IMG/VR virus record: IMGVR_UViG_3300049988_000286
Location: 288,001 to 352,000 of that record
DNA: 64,000 bases
Strand: one strand, 5' to 3'
Source: a virus
Taxonomy: Duplodnaviria; Caudoviricetes
Shown here one piece after another: positions 9,747 through 18,050 of the stretch; positions within the stretch are counted from its first letter, which is position 1; every line of letters begins with the position of its first letter. Both the position numbers and the translations under genes were made by a program. The notes beneath the pieces were generated by a model. That model was not told where the DNA came from, ran no database searches, and saw only the letters and a program-made list of their open reading frames with translations.

Positions 9747-10124
9747 ATGCCGCAGAAGAAGACCGAAATGGAATCCGGAGATATTTCTGCGGAGAGCGGT
9801 TATGTCGCGCATACCCCGGAGCAGATGCGCCAACTCGCGATCGATGTCGCCGCAGGGAGCGTGTTCGGTTCGTGGCAGCTTCCCGAACACGATATGCAGC
9901 ACGTGAACCTGATCTTCATGCCACTGATGTTCATGGATGATATCATGGTCAAGGAAATGCAGCGCGACGGTGCTATGCACTTCTACGGCCATATGCGCGA
10001 CTCGTTTGATCGCGGCATCAACGGCTACCCGATCTTCATGTCGGTACGCGTGATCGATGCCGCTGACTGCGCGCGCCTCAATCAAATGCTCAAAGCCTTG
10101 GAGGCTCTCAATGAGGGTAACTGA
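9747..10124 (+). CDS. hypothetical protein
   Basis: TTGACA promoter and AAGGAG RBS upstream. Confidence 0.7.
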   Translation: MPQKKTEMESGDISAESGYVAHTPEQMRQLAIDVAAGSVFGSWQLPEHDMQHVNLIFMPLMFMDDIMVKEMQRDGAMHFYGHMRDSFDRGINGYPIFMSVRVIDAADCARLNQMLKALEALNEGN

Positions 10125-10404
10125 TCGCAAGCTTGGCGGCGAGGCCAATTTCGTCGGTGGAACCGCGCTCACCAACGAGCAGTGGCGTGCGCAGCTTCCG
10201 CCCATCCACTGGCATCGGCTGAAGTTCGCTTCATGGACCGAATCCCACTACGCCCTCGCCTACCGGTGGGCGGCGACGAACAGCGTCGGCTGGGTCTACT
10301 TCAGTGATGAGACCTACTATTTCGGCGACTCCGGTGACGCGGCGCTGTTCATGCTTTGGGTGACGGAGAGCGGCGTCGAGGACGACAGCGGCACGATCGC
10401 ATGA
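10111..10404 (+). CDS. small hypothetical protein (DAxLFxL family)
   Basis: GGAGG RBS; YFGDSGDAALFMLW motif. Confidence 0.6.
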   Translation: MRVTDRKLGGEANFVGGTALTNEQWRAQLPPIHWHRLKFASWTESHYALAYRWAATNSVGWVYFSDETYYFGDSGDAALFMLWVTESGVEDDSGTIA

Positions 10405-11063
10405 TGCGCGTCGCCCACATGGCGGTCAGGGACTTTCGAGCTATTCGGAAGTTCGACCGGCGCTTCGATCCCAGCCACCAGATCATCGTCGGCCCAAACG
10501 GTTGCGGGAAGACGACGCTCCTCAACCTCTTGGCGATGGCAGCGGGAAGCGACCGCGCCTCGGGGCTGTTTGCGGGCGAGAGGATCGGTCATCTCTCCGT
10601 GACTCTCGTCAATGACGGTTGCGAATATACGATCGAGATCGGGGATCGCCTTGATCCCGACTATTTCGACGAATGCAAGGCTGCGTTGCCGCAGCGGGTG
10701 AACTTCGCCTTTGACGAGGATTACAGCGATTGGCTGGCGAACGGCAAGATCGATGTCGAGGAGGCGGAGCGCTTGATCGATGCATATCGGGTCCGTGAGA
10801 ACCTCGACACCAACGTCTTCGGGCGTCGCGGCCAGACGGTTCAGGCGTGCTTCGGTGACGGGTCGAAGCAGGGCATACGCCTTTGCCTGTGCGCGGCAAT
10901 GCGGGATGGCCCGCTCCTCTTGGATCAACCAGCACGCCACCTCCACATCGTGGTTAAGCGCTTCATGGGCATCATGTTCGCAAAGACTCCCCAGCAGGTG
11001 ATTTCCGTCACCCATGATCCGGAGTGGATTGCCGAATCCATGAACTCCGCGTTTAGTCTGTGA
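10401..11063 (+). CDS. ABC/SMC-like (AAA_21-type) ATPase
   Basis: Walker A GPNGCGKTT, degenerate signature GDGSKQ, Walker B LLLDQP, H-loop VTHD. Confidence 0.7.
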   Translation: MMRVAHMAVRDFRAIRKFDRRFDPSHQIIVGPNGCGKTTLLNLLAMAAGSDRASGLFAGERIGHLSVTLVNDGCEYTIEIGDRLDPDYFDECKAALPQRVNFAFDEDYSDWLANGKIDVEEAERLIDAYRVRENLDTNVFGRRGQTVQACFGDGSKQGIRLCLCAAMRDGPLLLDQPARHLHIVVKRFMGIMFAKTPQQVISVTHDPEWIAESMNSAFSL

Positions 11064-11134
11064 AAAATAGTTGTTGACAAGTCTTTCCAGTATCCTATTT
11101 GACGCCGGGTCGGAACAGCAACAGGAATTTCTAC

Positions 11135-11701
11135 ATGAACGACAATGCAAATCAGGCGATCGATCAGAGCCTCGACATCGCGTCGCGTATCGTCATCGCC
11201 TACGTGGGCAACTCGCACAACCACCTCAATACCGATGCGCTCAACACGCTGATCACTGCCACCTACTCGACTGTGCAGGGTCTCGCCGGTACGGCCGCGC
11301 CCGTCGCCGCCACTGCCGAGGTCGAGGAGGAGATGCGTCCTGCGGTCTCGGTCCGCAAGTCGATCGCCGATCCCGAGTTCATCATCTGTCTCGTCGATGG
11401 CCAGAAGGTCAAGGTGCTCAAGCGCTACATTCGCACGCGCTTCGGCCTGACGCCCGAGCAGTATCGCGAGAAGTTCAACCTCCCCGCCGACTACCCGATG
11501 GTCGCCCGCGCCTATTCGGATCGTCGTCGCGAACTCGCCAAGACGATCGGCCTCGGCACCAAGGGCCGTGTTCGCCAGTCGGCCGTCGAGGCGCTCGCCG
11601 ATATGACCGGCGAGAGCGCGGATACGATCAAGGCAGAGATGGACGGCAAGAAGCCGGGCCGCAAGCCGCGCGCCAAGAAGGCCGAGATGGCGGACGCCTA
11701 A
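11135..11701 (+). CDS. mucR: MucR/Ros family transcriptional regulator
   Basis: PAVSVRKSI...IICLVDG..VKVLKRYI...GLTPEQYREKFNLPADYPMVARAYS.RRRELAK.IGLG. Confidence 0.9.
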   Translation: MNDNANQAIDQSLDIASRIVIAYVGNSHNHLNTDALNTLITATYSTVQGLAGTAAPVAATAEVEEEMRPAVSVRKSIADPEFIICLVDGQKVKVLKRYIRTRFGLTPEQYREKFNLPADYPMVARAYSDRRRELAKTIGLGTKGRVRQSAVEALADMTGESADTIKAEMDGKKPGRKPRAKKAEMADA

Positions 11702-11720
11702 TCGGCCTCGTCTGAATAAT

Positions 11721-11755
11721 AAAAGCCTCGGTGTCTTGCGACGCCGGGGCTTTTT
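11721..11755 (+). terminator. Rho-independent terminator
   Basis: AAAAGCCTCGGTGTC-TTGC-GACGCCGGGGCTTTTT. Confidence 0.85.
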
Positions 11756-11770
11756 CTATATCTTCCCATT

Positions 11771-12358
11771 ATGGAACCGAGCATTGCTGCACTGAATGTC
11801 TCCCCCTCGATCGCGGACGCGTGGCTCGCGGAATTATCGGCTCCGCACCGCTTCTACCACAATGAGCGGCATATTCGCGCCATCGTGGCTAATTACGATC
11901 GTCTCTTCGGTGGTGGCAACCCGATCATCTACGCCACCGCGTGGCTTCATGACATCCGTTACGATGCGCAGCGCGCCGACAATGAGGAACAGTCTGCGGC
12001 AGTCGCCGAGCGCGATCTCGACGGGACTGGGATCGACATCCCCGCCGTCACCGCTCTGATCCTCGACACCAAGTTGCATCGTGGCGGCACACCACTCTCG
12101 AATATCTTCAACGATCTCGACCTCGCGATCCTCTCCGAGCCGTGGGAGGTCTATCTCGAATATGCGAGGGGGATCAGGAACGAGTATCGCTTCGCCCCGC
12201 TTGAGCAATATGCAGAGAGGCGGGCTGCTGTCATGCAGGGATTCAACCGACATCAGCTTTACCGCACCACTGCCTTCATGGCTCGTGAAGCGCGTGGCCA
12301 CGACAATCTGCAACGTGAGATCGACCTCCTTCTCTCCAATCCGGCGATGATCGATTGA
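11771..12358 (+). CDS. HD-domain metal-dependent phosphohydrolase
   Basis: HRFYHNERHI, WLHDI-YD, DNEEQSA, DLDLAIL, IRNEY motifs. Confidence 0.8.
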   Translation: MEPSIAALNVSPSIADAWLAELSAPHRFYHNERHIRAIVANYDRLFGGGNPIIYATAWLHDIRYDAQRADNEEQSAAVAERDLDGTGIDIPAVTALILDTKLHRGGTPLSNIFNDLDLAILSEPWEVYLEYARGIRNEYRFAPLEQYAERRAAVMQGFNRHQLYRTTAFMAREARGHDNLQREIDLLLSNPAMID

Positions 12359-12385
12359 CATTCTCGTAGTTCGTCTGTATCTAGG

Positions 12386-12952
12386 ATGCAGGAGACTATG
12401 ATGGACAAGCAGCTTATCACCGAGAGCATTGCGCGCGTCGTTGCCGCATCGCCGCGTTTCGCCGCCCTCGACGGCATCGAGGTCCGTTTCGTGGACAATC
12501 TCGATCCCTACTCCCCGCTTCGGCTGCGCGAGGATTCGTTCGTGCTCGAAGTCGCTGATGACATGAGCGAGGACTATCGCGCGGAGACGCTCGATTACCT
12601 CGTCGCCATCATGGCGGTTCGTCACGACGAGATCGGCCAGCGCGGCGATCGTGACCAGCGTATCTGGAACATGGCGGGCTGCATCCGCGCCGCCGCCGTG
12701 GTGGGTGCCGAGAACATCGGCGATCCCCTCGCGTCGTCCTTCTACCTCGACGGTCTCGACCCCGCGAAGTCGGTCGCGGAGGTGTACGACGACCTCCTGA
12801 TCGGTATGGTCGGCGGAGAGATCATGGTCAACATCGTTGGCATCGGTGAGTATGGCATTGCCCTTGATGCCATCCCGGTGGAGAGTGACGACATCCACTC
12901 CACCGAGCAACTTGCCGCTGATCGAGCGCGGATTGCGGCGGAGCGCGCATGA
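12386..12952 (+). CDS. degenerate DUF2201-N-like (metallopeptidase-like) protein lacking HExxH
   Basis: RGDRDQRIWNMA and KSVAEVYDDL match family motifs, but the HExxH position reads TLDYLVAIM. Confidence 0.45.
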   Translation: MQETMMDKQLITESIARVVAASPRFAALDGIEVRFVDNLDPYSPLRLREDSFVLEVADDMSEDYRAETLDYLVAIMAVRHDEIGQRGDRDQRIWNMAGCIRAAAVVGAENIGDPLASSFYLDGLDPAKSVAEVYDDLLIGMVGGEIMVNIVGIGEYGIALDAIPVESDDIHSTEQLAADRARIAAERA

Positions 12953-13410
12953 GTTTCGAACTCCTCGCTCCTTACCGAATTGTTGGCGTCGATGTAGATG
13001 ACACGTTGCTCGATAATGGGCGACCAGCCGATTACGCGCGCTTCTGGGAGTTTATCGAGACCAATCCCTATGATCAGGTCTTCCACATCATCACCTTCCG
13101 TTCAGGCGGCTGGGAGAAAATGGTGTGGAGCGATCTGCGCTTCTCGGGCTCGACGCTGACGGAGGATCACTTCGCGTCAGTGCAAAGCGTTCCCCACAGC
13201 GTGTGGGCGCTATCGCAGGGTAGTGCGCCGCGTATCATCACATCGATGTCGCAACTCGACGAAGACCCCTACATGCTCTGGAAGGGCAAGGTTTGCGCTG
13301 AACTCGGCTGCGAGGTGCTCATCGACGATATGACCGAGCACGTCATCCGTGGCTGTGATCAGTATGGGGTGAAGCACATCCACCCCGACGAGCTATTTGG
13401 TCAGGGATAG
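12949..13410 (+). CDS. HAD-superfamily hydrolase
   Basis: IVGVDVDDTLL motif I, ITFR motif II, K...LIDD motifs III-IV. Confidence 0.65.
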   Translation: MSFELLAPYRIVGVDVDDTLLDNGRPADYARFWEFIETNPYDQVFHIITFRSGGWEKMVWSDLRFSGSTLTEDHFASVQSVPHSVWALSQGSAPRIITSMSQLDEDPYMLWKGKVCAELGCEVLIDDMTEHVIRGCDQYGVKHIHPDELFGQG

Positions 13411-13662
13411 TCGAACAAGGGTGCGGTCGGTTTCGTCGCGGAACATCGCGACAAAGTAGCCGTCCTTTATCTTGCTCGACCACGCCCCAGCTATCGCTTG
13501 TGGGCCGCATATCTCCTGCGTGCGCTGGATGATTTCACGTTCCTCATCCTGAAGGTAGCACTGTATCCAGAAGGGATAGGGTGAACCTTTTTCGCCATGC
13601 TGGGCGGGATCGAGAAGGCGGATGGCCATGATTGTTGATAACTGATCTTGCGTCAGAGTCAA
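13393..13662 (-). CDS. small hypothetical protein
   Basis: C-terminal FRDETDRTLVRLSL motif. Confidence 0.6.
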   Translation of the reverse strand: MTLTQDQLSTIMAIRLLDPAQHGEKGSPYPFWIQCYLQDEEREIIQRTQEICGPQAIAGAWSSKIKDGYFVAMFRDETDRTLVRLSLTK

Positions 13663-13663
13663 C

Positions 13664-13669
13664 TAAATA
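13664..13669 (+). promoter_or_regulatory. late promoter TAAATA
   Basis: TCAACT-AAAT-AGTCGA imperfect inverted repeat; 4 nt before ATG. Confidence 0.6.
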
Positions 13670-13673
13670 GTCG

Positions 13674-15080
13674 ATGCAAGACCTGATGGAATATGAGTTC
13701 ACGCATCGCACGACGCTGATGCGCGATGTTGCCAAGTATGTCGGTCAGGGCCTCTTTATTCATTTCGGCACTACACCGAAGTTGGGCATCAATCCGACAG
13801 CGACGCACGGTGATCCCGCTGGGGTCTACTTCTATCCCTTGGACTGGCTGGTCGCACAAGGCAAGTTCCTTGAAGGCAACCAATATGCGGTAGATCGTCC
13901 CTTTTGGACAATCGTGCGCCTCACTGCCACCAACGGAGTGGTCTTCTCGAAGCTGAACGAATTCGAGTTGGAGAACATCGCGGCTCGACAGAATTGGCCC
14001 GACTGGGCCGCGTTCAAAGCCTCGCACAGTGTGTCTGGAAAGCCCGAAGGATGGGCGTCGCTGTTCTGGATGAATGTGACCCGCCTCAATCGCAGCCTTT
14101 CTCCCAACCGGGCGCTTCGCGGTATCCCCTACATCTACGATGATGGCTTTGGTATTATCCACGGTGGCGAGCGCGCGCAGCTTCTCGTCATTGATCCCCG
14201 CGCTATGCAGGTTGTCGCGACGGGCAAACAGTCGAGCGGTAACAACAAGCTGATGAATGACCACGAGCACAGCTTCGTGCAGATGCTCAAGCGCTTTCGT
14301 GGTGAGTTCGGTGGCACACTGTTCTGGAAGCGCAAACTCCCCACATTGTCGTTCGACCATCGCGGCGCACACTTCGACTTCACATGGTTCGCCAGCAGCT
14401 TCGCGGCCTACCTCAAGATCGATGCCCGTTGGGGTCGTGCCACCAAGCAGATCACCATGACGGAGTATAATTTCTCCCAGAAGCCGATGGCGGAGACGGA
14501 GCAGTTCTTCCGAGACTTCATCGAGCGCATCGCGACTCTTGCCGCGAAGAAGCGTGACCTGTTCTTCACTCCCATTCTCACAGAGCAGCAGTGCCGAGAT
14601 GGTCTCGCAAAGGTGATCGATCCCTCGATGTTCGAGATCGTCACCGAGATTGACAATGAACGTCATGAGATGACAGTTACTGCTACCCGCAAAGTAGTCG
14701 AGGACAAGCTAGAACTCACCACCATGGTCTATGTCATTAATGGTGATGAGACTTTTGGTAAAAAGGGGTCTGGAACAGTCAAGTGGTATGCTAGTGTTAA
14801 ATCACAGCCATACACCCTCACTGCTGCTCGTAATTGGGAGGTCGAGCAACTTCCGCTCGGTATCGAGACAGCCTTTCAAGAAACCATCACCAACGTTGCC
14901 AAAGATAGTGACGGCTCGCCCAAGTTCTATTATGAAGAAGATCACCGCGCTTTTGTGGGCTTCGTCGCCAAGGAGTCGGGCATCCGCTCTCTGGCGGAGG
15001 ACCACGCCGACGAGATCGCCGCTTATGAGGCTTACCCACAGAAGGCGAGGCTCTACCGCGAAATCAAACGCGTTTTCTGA
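13674..15080 (+). CDS. hypothetical late protein, N-terminal domain possibly ART-like
   Basis: 468-aa ORF; FIHFGTTPKLGINP...PAGVYFYPL motif. Confidence 0.75.
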   Translation: MQDLMEYEFTHRTTLMRDVAKYVGQGLFIHFGTTPKLGINPTATHGDPAGVYFYPLDWLVAQGKFLEGNQYAVDRPFWTIVRLTATNGVVFSKLNEFELENIAARQNWPDWAAFKASHSVSGKPEGWASLFWMNVTRLNRSLSPNRALRGIPYIYDDGFGIIHGGERAQLLVIDPRAMQVVATGKQSSGNNKLMNDHEHSFVQMLKRFRGEFGGTLFWKRKLPTLSFDHRGAHFDFTWFASSFAAYLKIDARWGRATKQITMTEYNFSQKPMAETEQFFRDFIERIATLAAKKRDLFFTPILTEQQCRDGLAKVIDPSMFEIVTEIDNERHEMTVTATRKVVEDKLELTTMVYVINGDETFGKKGSGTVKWYASVKSQPYTLTAARNWEVEQLPLGIETAFQETITNVAKDSDGSPKFYYEEDHRAFVGFVAKESGIRSLAEDHADEIAAYEAYPQKARLYREIKRVF

Positions 15081-15088
15081 AAGGATTC

Positions 15089-16150
15089 ATGAAGTCTAAC
15101 ATCTATATTTCGCGCAAGGTTCTCAACAAGCAGGACATTATTGACTACGCCACGGATTGTGGTTTCACATCGATGATGCCCGCCGATAGTCTCCACGTAA
15201 CTGTCGTCTATTGTAAGCGCGAAGTTGACTGGAACATCGTTGATCGTGACCAGCCCGAAATGCTCATCATCGAGAGTGCCGAGGACGAGAGCGAGCGGTC
15301 GATCCACAACTTTGACGGTGGGGCTTGCGTCCTAGAGATTACCTGCCCGGAATTACAGGAACGCAACGATGCGCTCCGGGAGCAGGGCATCCATTCCAAG
15401 TTCCCCGATTATCGTGCGCACATCACCCTCACGTACAAGAAACCGAAGAAGATGTCGGTCAAGAAGATCAAGCCCTACATGGGTGCGATCGTGCTCGGAC
15501 CGGAGATCATCGCGCCCGCGAGTTCTGGATGGCAAGAGGAATACAAGGAGGTCAAGCTGATGAAAAGAGAAGTGATCAAAGAGGCTCGTCTCGACGATCT
15601 TGACATCGATGCCACCTATGAGGTTTTTCGTTCCAGCTATGAATCCACGACTGGGCAGTCATGGACTCGCGAGAAGTTTGAAGATCGCGCCCGCAACTGG
15701 ACTTTCTACGGGGACGCGACAGGTTTCGTGGCCTTCCGCGAACAGGCCAGTGGGATGCGTAAACTCGTCGGTGTCGCCGGGGATACCAGCGGCGTCGTCA
15801 TCGGCCTGAAACAACTCGTTGATGAGGGTAAGCCGACATGGGGTGCAGTGAGCGAGAAGATCGCCCGCGCGGCCAAGCGCTTCGGTTTCATCGCCCCCCA
15901 CACCTACCTCGGTGGGGCGCTGGTGATGCGGCTGATCATGAAAGCCATTCCGGCGAGTGTCTTTGGTGGGGTGAAGCCGGAAGTCAATGGCAAGGGTGGC
16001 GTCACCCTCTCGTATGAGGATTTGGGCGAGCAGACGAAGTTTTTCATCGCGAACAAGGCCTACTTCGGTGAACTACTCAACAATCCCTCGTTCTCCGAGC
16101 ATGTCCAGAACCCGGTCGTGAAGAAATTTATCGAGGCGGTTTTGAAATAA
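15089..16150 (+). CDS. Acb1/T4 gp57B-like 2H phosphoesterase fused to an unknown C-terminal domain
   Basis: Two HxT motifs (LHVTVVY, AHITLTY) in the first ~155 aa with Acb1-like spacing; AAGGA RBS. Confidence 0.75.
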   Translation: MKSNIYISRKVLNKQDIIDYATDCGFTSMMPADSLHVTVVYCKREVDWNIVDRDQPEMLIIESAEDESERSIHNFDGGACVLEITCPELQERNDALREQGIHSKFPDYRAHITLTYKKPKKMSVKKIKPYMGAIVLGPEIIAPASSGWQEEYKEVKLMKREVIKEARLDDLDIDATYEVFRSSYESTTGQSWTREKFEDRARNWTFYGDATGFVAFREQASGMRKLVGVAGDTSGVVIGLKQLVDEGKPTWGAVSEKIARAAKRFGFIAPHTYLGGALVMRLIMKAIPASVFGGVKPEVNGKGGVTLSYEDLGEQTKFFIANKAYFGELLNNPSFSEHVQNPVVKKFIEAVLK

Positions 16151-16184
16151 TGCAGCGCTGGGATGGCGCTGATACCATCCCGGC

Positions 16185-17066
16185 ATGATTATCGATTCAT
16201 TGATCTCGAAGAACCTCATCCACCCACCGAAGTGGATGCCCGCCAATACTCACTTTCTCACGATGATGGGCAGTCACGCCTATGGCGTCGCGAGCGAAGG
16301 GTCGGACATGGACATCTACGGGTTCTGCATCCCTCCCAAGGATATGGTGTTCCCACACCTCGCCGGGGAGATCGAGGGCTTTGGAACACAGAAGAAGCGG
16401 TTCGAACAGTGGACGGAAGCCCACATCCACGATGGACCCAAGGAGTACGACTTCTCCGTCTATGGCATCGTCAAGTTCTTCCGGCTCTGTATGGAGAACA
16501 ACCCCAATATGACAGATGCCCTCTTCGTGCCTCGTCGTTGCATCATCCACTCGACCAAGGTTGCCGAGCACGTCAGGGACAATCGCCGCATCTTCCTCCA
16601 CAAAGGATCGTTCCACAAGTTTCGCGGCTACGCCTTCTCCCAGATGGCGAAGATCAAGACGAAGAAGCATGAGGGTAATGCCGAGCGTAGTGCCGATCAG
16701 GAGAAGTTCGGCTACTCGACCAAATATGCCTACCACCTCGTGCGCCTTGCACTCGAAGCAGAGCAGATTCTTGTTGAGCACGATCTCGTTCTCGACAACA
16801 ACACCGCGATCCTCCGCAGCATCCGCAACGGCGAGTGGACCCTCGACGATATCGAGAACTGGTTCAAGGTCAAGGAAGCGGCGTTGGAGACCCTCTACTC
16901 CACTTCCACACTACGAAGCCACCCCGACGAAGCGGCAATCAAGAACCTCCTCTTGGAGTGCTTGGAGATGCATTGGGGGACGCTCAATGATGCGGTGAAG
17001 GTTGAGCGTCCCGCCGACCTGATCCTGCGCGAGATGCAGTCAGTGATCGATCGTTACAAAGGATAA
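16185..17066 (+). CDS. DNA pol-beta-superfamily nucleotidyltransferase (RlaP/Nuc-transf type)
   Basis: GSHAYG..SEGSDMDIYG, KFFRL...NPN, KYAYHLVRL motifs. Confidence 0.85.
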   Translation: MIIDSLISKNLIHPPKWMPANTHFLTMMGSHAYGVASEGSDMDIYGFCIPPKDMVFPHLAGEIEGFGTQKKRFEQWTEAHIHDGPKEYDFSVYGIVKFFRLCMENNPNMTDALFVPRRCIIHSTKVAEHVRDNRRIFLHKGSFHKFRGYAFSQMAKIKTKKHEGNAERSADQEKFGYSTKYAYHLVRLALEAEQILVEHDLVLDNNTAILRSIRNGEWTLDDIENWFKVKEAALETLYSTSTLRSHPDEAAIKNLLLECLEMHWGTLNDAVKVERPADLILREMQSVIDRYKG

Positions 17067-17072
17067 AGGAAT

Positions 17073-17285
17073 ATGCCCGAGTATGCAGAATATCAAGACG
17101 CCATCCAGTGTATCAGAGCCAAGGCCGCATTGGTTCTGGGAAGCCAAGATCGGGCAGAGGAATGGATGGATCATACCAGTGCTACGCTGGGTGGGAAGCC
17201 GCGTGATCTCGCGCACACCCCGGATGGGACGATCGCTGTCCTCCTCCATCTGGCGGCGATTTCGCGGCATTCGTTGAGCGACTAA
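17073..17285 (+). CDS. stand-alone Xre/MbcA/ParS antitoxin C-terminal (DUF2384) domain
   Basis: ALVLGSQDRAEEWM...ATLGGKPRDL.HTPDG..AV..HL fits the family pattern; AAGGA RBS. Confidence 0.7.
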   Translation: MPEYAEYQDAIQCIRAKAALVLGSQDRAEEWMDHTSATLGGKPRDLAHTPDGTIAVLLHLAAISRHSLSD

Positions 17286-17455
17286 CCCTCGCCGCCACCG
17301 CCCATATCACCACCATCGGATGGTTCGCCGGGAGCGGGATCGGGAATGCCTCCGCGTCCGCTCCCCCAGCCGTACCAGCCGCCCACGTAGTAGCGTGGAC
17401 CAGCGCGGCGGCGCTTTCGCTTCTTGCGTTCAGTGATGATCTCGGTGATGCGCAT
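17282..17455 (-). CDS. 57-aa basic/Gly-rich late microprotein with capsid-targeting-like leader
   Basis: Manual translation MRITEIITERKKRKRRRAGPRYYVGGWYGWGSGRGGIPDPAPGEPSDGGDMGGGGEG; TAAATA 4 nt upstream; below the ORF-track cutoff. Confidence 0.75.
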   Translation of the reverse strand: MRITEIITERKKRKRRRAGPRYYVGGWYGWGSGRGGIPDPAPGEPSDGGDMGGGGEG

Positions 17456-17459
17456 CGGA

Positions 17460-17465
17460 TATTTA
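17460..17465 (-). promoter_or_regulatory. late promoter TAAATA (divergent pair with 17495)
   Basis: CGGCT-AAAT-ATCCG on the minus strand. Confidence 0.6.
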
Positions 17466-17489
17466 GCCGTGGCGGCTCCATGGCCTCGG

Positions 17490-17505
17490 AGGGGTAAATA
17501 CCCCT
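17490..17505 (+). promoter_or_regulatory. late promoter TAAATA centred in an inverted repeat
   Basis: AGGGGT-AAAT-ACCCCT immediately before ATG 17506. Confidence 0.65.
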
Positions 17506-17757
17506 ATGGGGATCATCGATCAAATTTTCGCACTAAAGGCACTCGGAGGACTGGGGTTGTTGATCCCACTGCTCTGGGGCTATCGCGTCATCATGCTCTA
17601 TTGCAAGGAGACTCGGGAAAATTACCGGGATCGCCTGACCGCGACGGTGCTGGAATTGGAGGAACAGAAAACGATCAACATCAGGCTGGAGCTTCGCATC
17701 CAGACGATGGAGTTCCTCCAATCGATGCGTGAAGGCAAAGCAAATCAGCCAATCTAA
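17506..17757 (+). CDS. single-TM late protein with coiled coil (possible holin-like)
   Basis: Hydrophobic segment at about residues 5-31 followed by a charged coiled coil; late promoter. Confidence 0.55.
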   Translation: MGIIDQIFALKALGGLGLLIPLLWGYRVIMLYCKETRENYRDRLTATVLELEEQKTINIRLELRIQTMEFLQSMREGKANQPI

Positions 17758-17813
17758 TTGCGGCGGATATAGCTGTGATTGAAAAAGGGCAGCGCATCGC
17801 GGCGCTGCCCCAT

Positions 17814-17981
17814 TCAAGCGATCAACTCAAGCACGTCCCAAGACCACCACAAGCGGTCCTGATCAAGCGCTTGCTGCTCATCGCAGTAGCGGCGTGCTTC
17901 TTCTTCGGAAGCCTTGTAGCCCTTGAGTTCGTCGCAGTCAGAGCACGACTTGAGGCCACGGATAATCACATATACAGTCAT
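17814..17981 (-). CDS. small hypothetical protein
   Basis: GGGAG RBS; MTVYVII...CSDCD. Confidence 0.5.
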   Translation of the reverse strand: MTVYVIIRGLKSCSDCDELKGYKASEEEARRYCDEQQALDQDRLWWSWDVLELIA

Positions 17982-18050
17982 ATTCAATCTCCCAATAAAC
18001 ACACCGGAACATCGGGAGATGAGCGCCTTATAAACGATTACCCGTTACTG

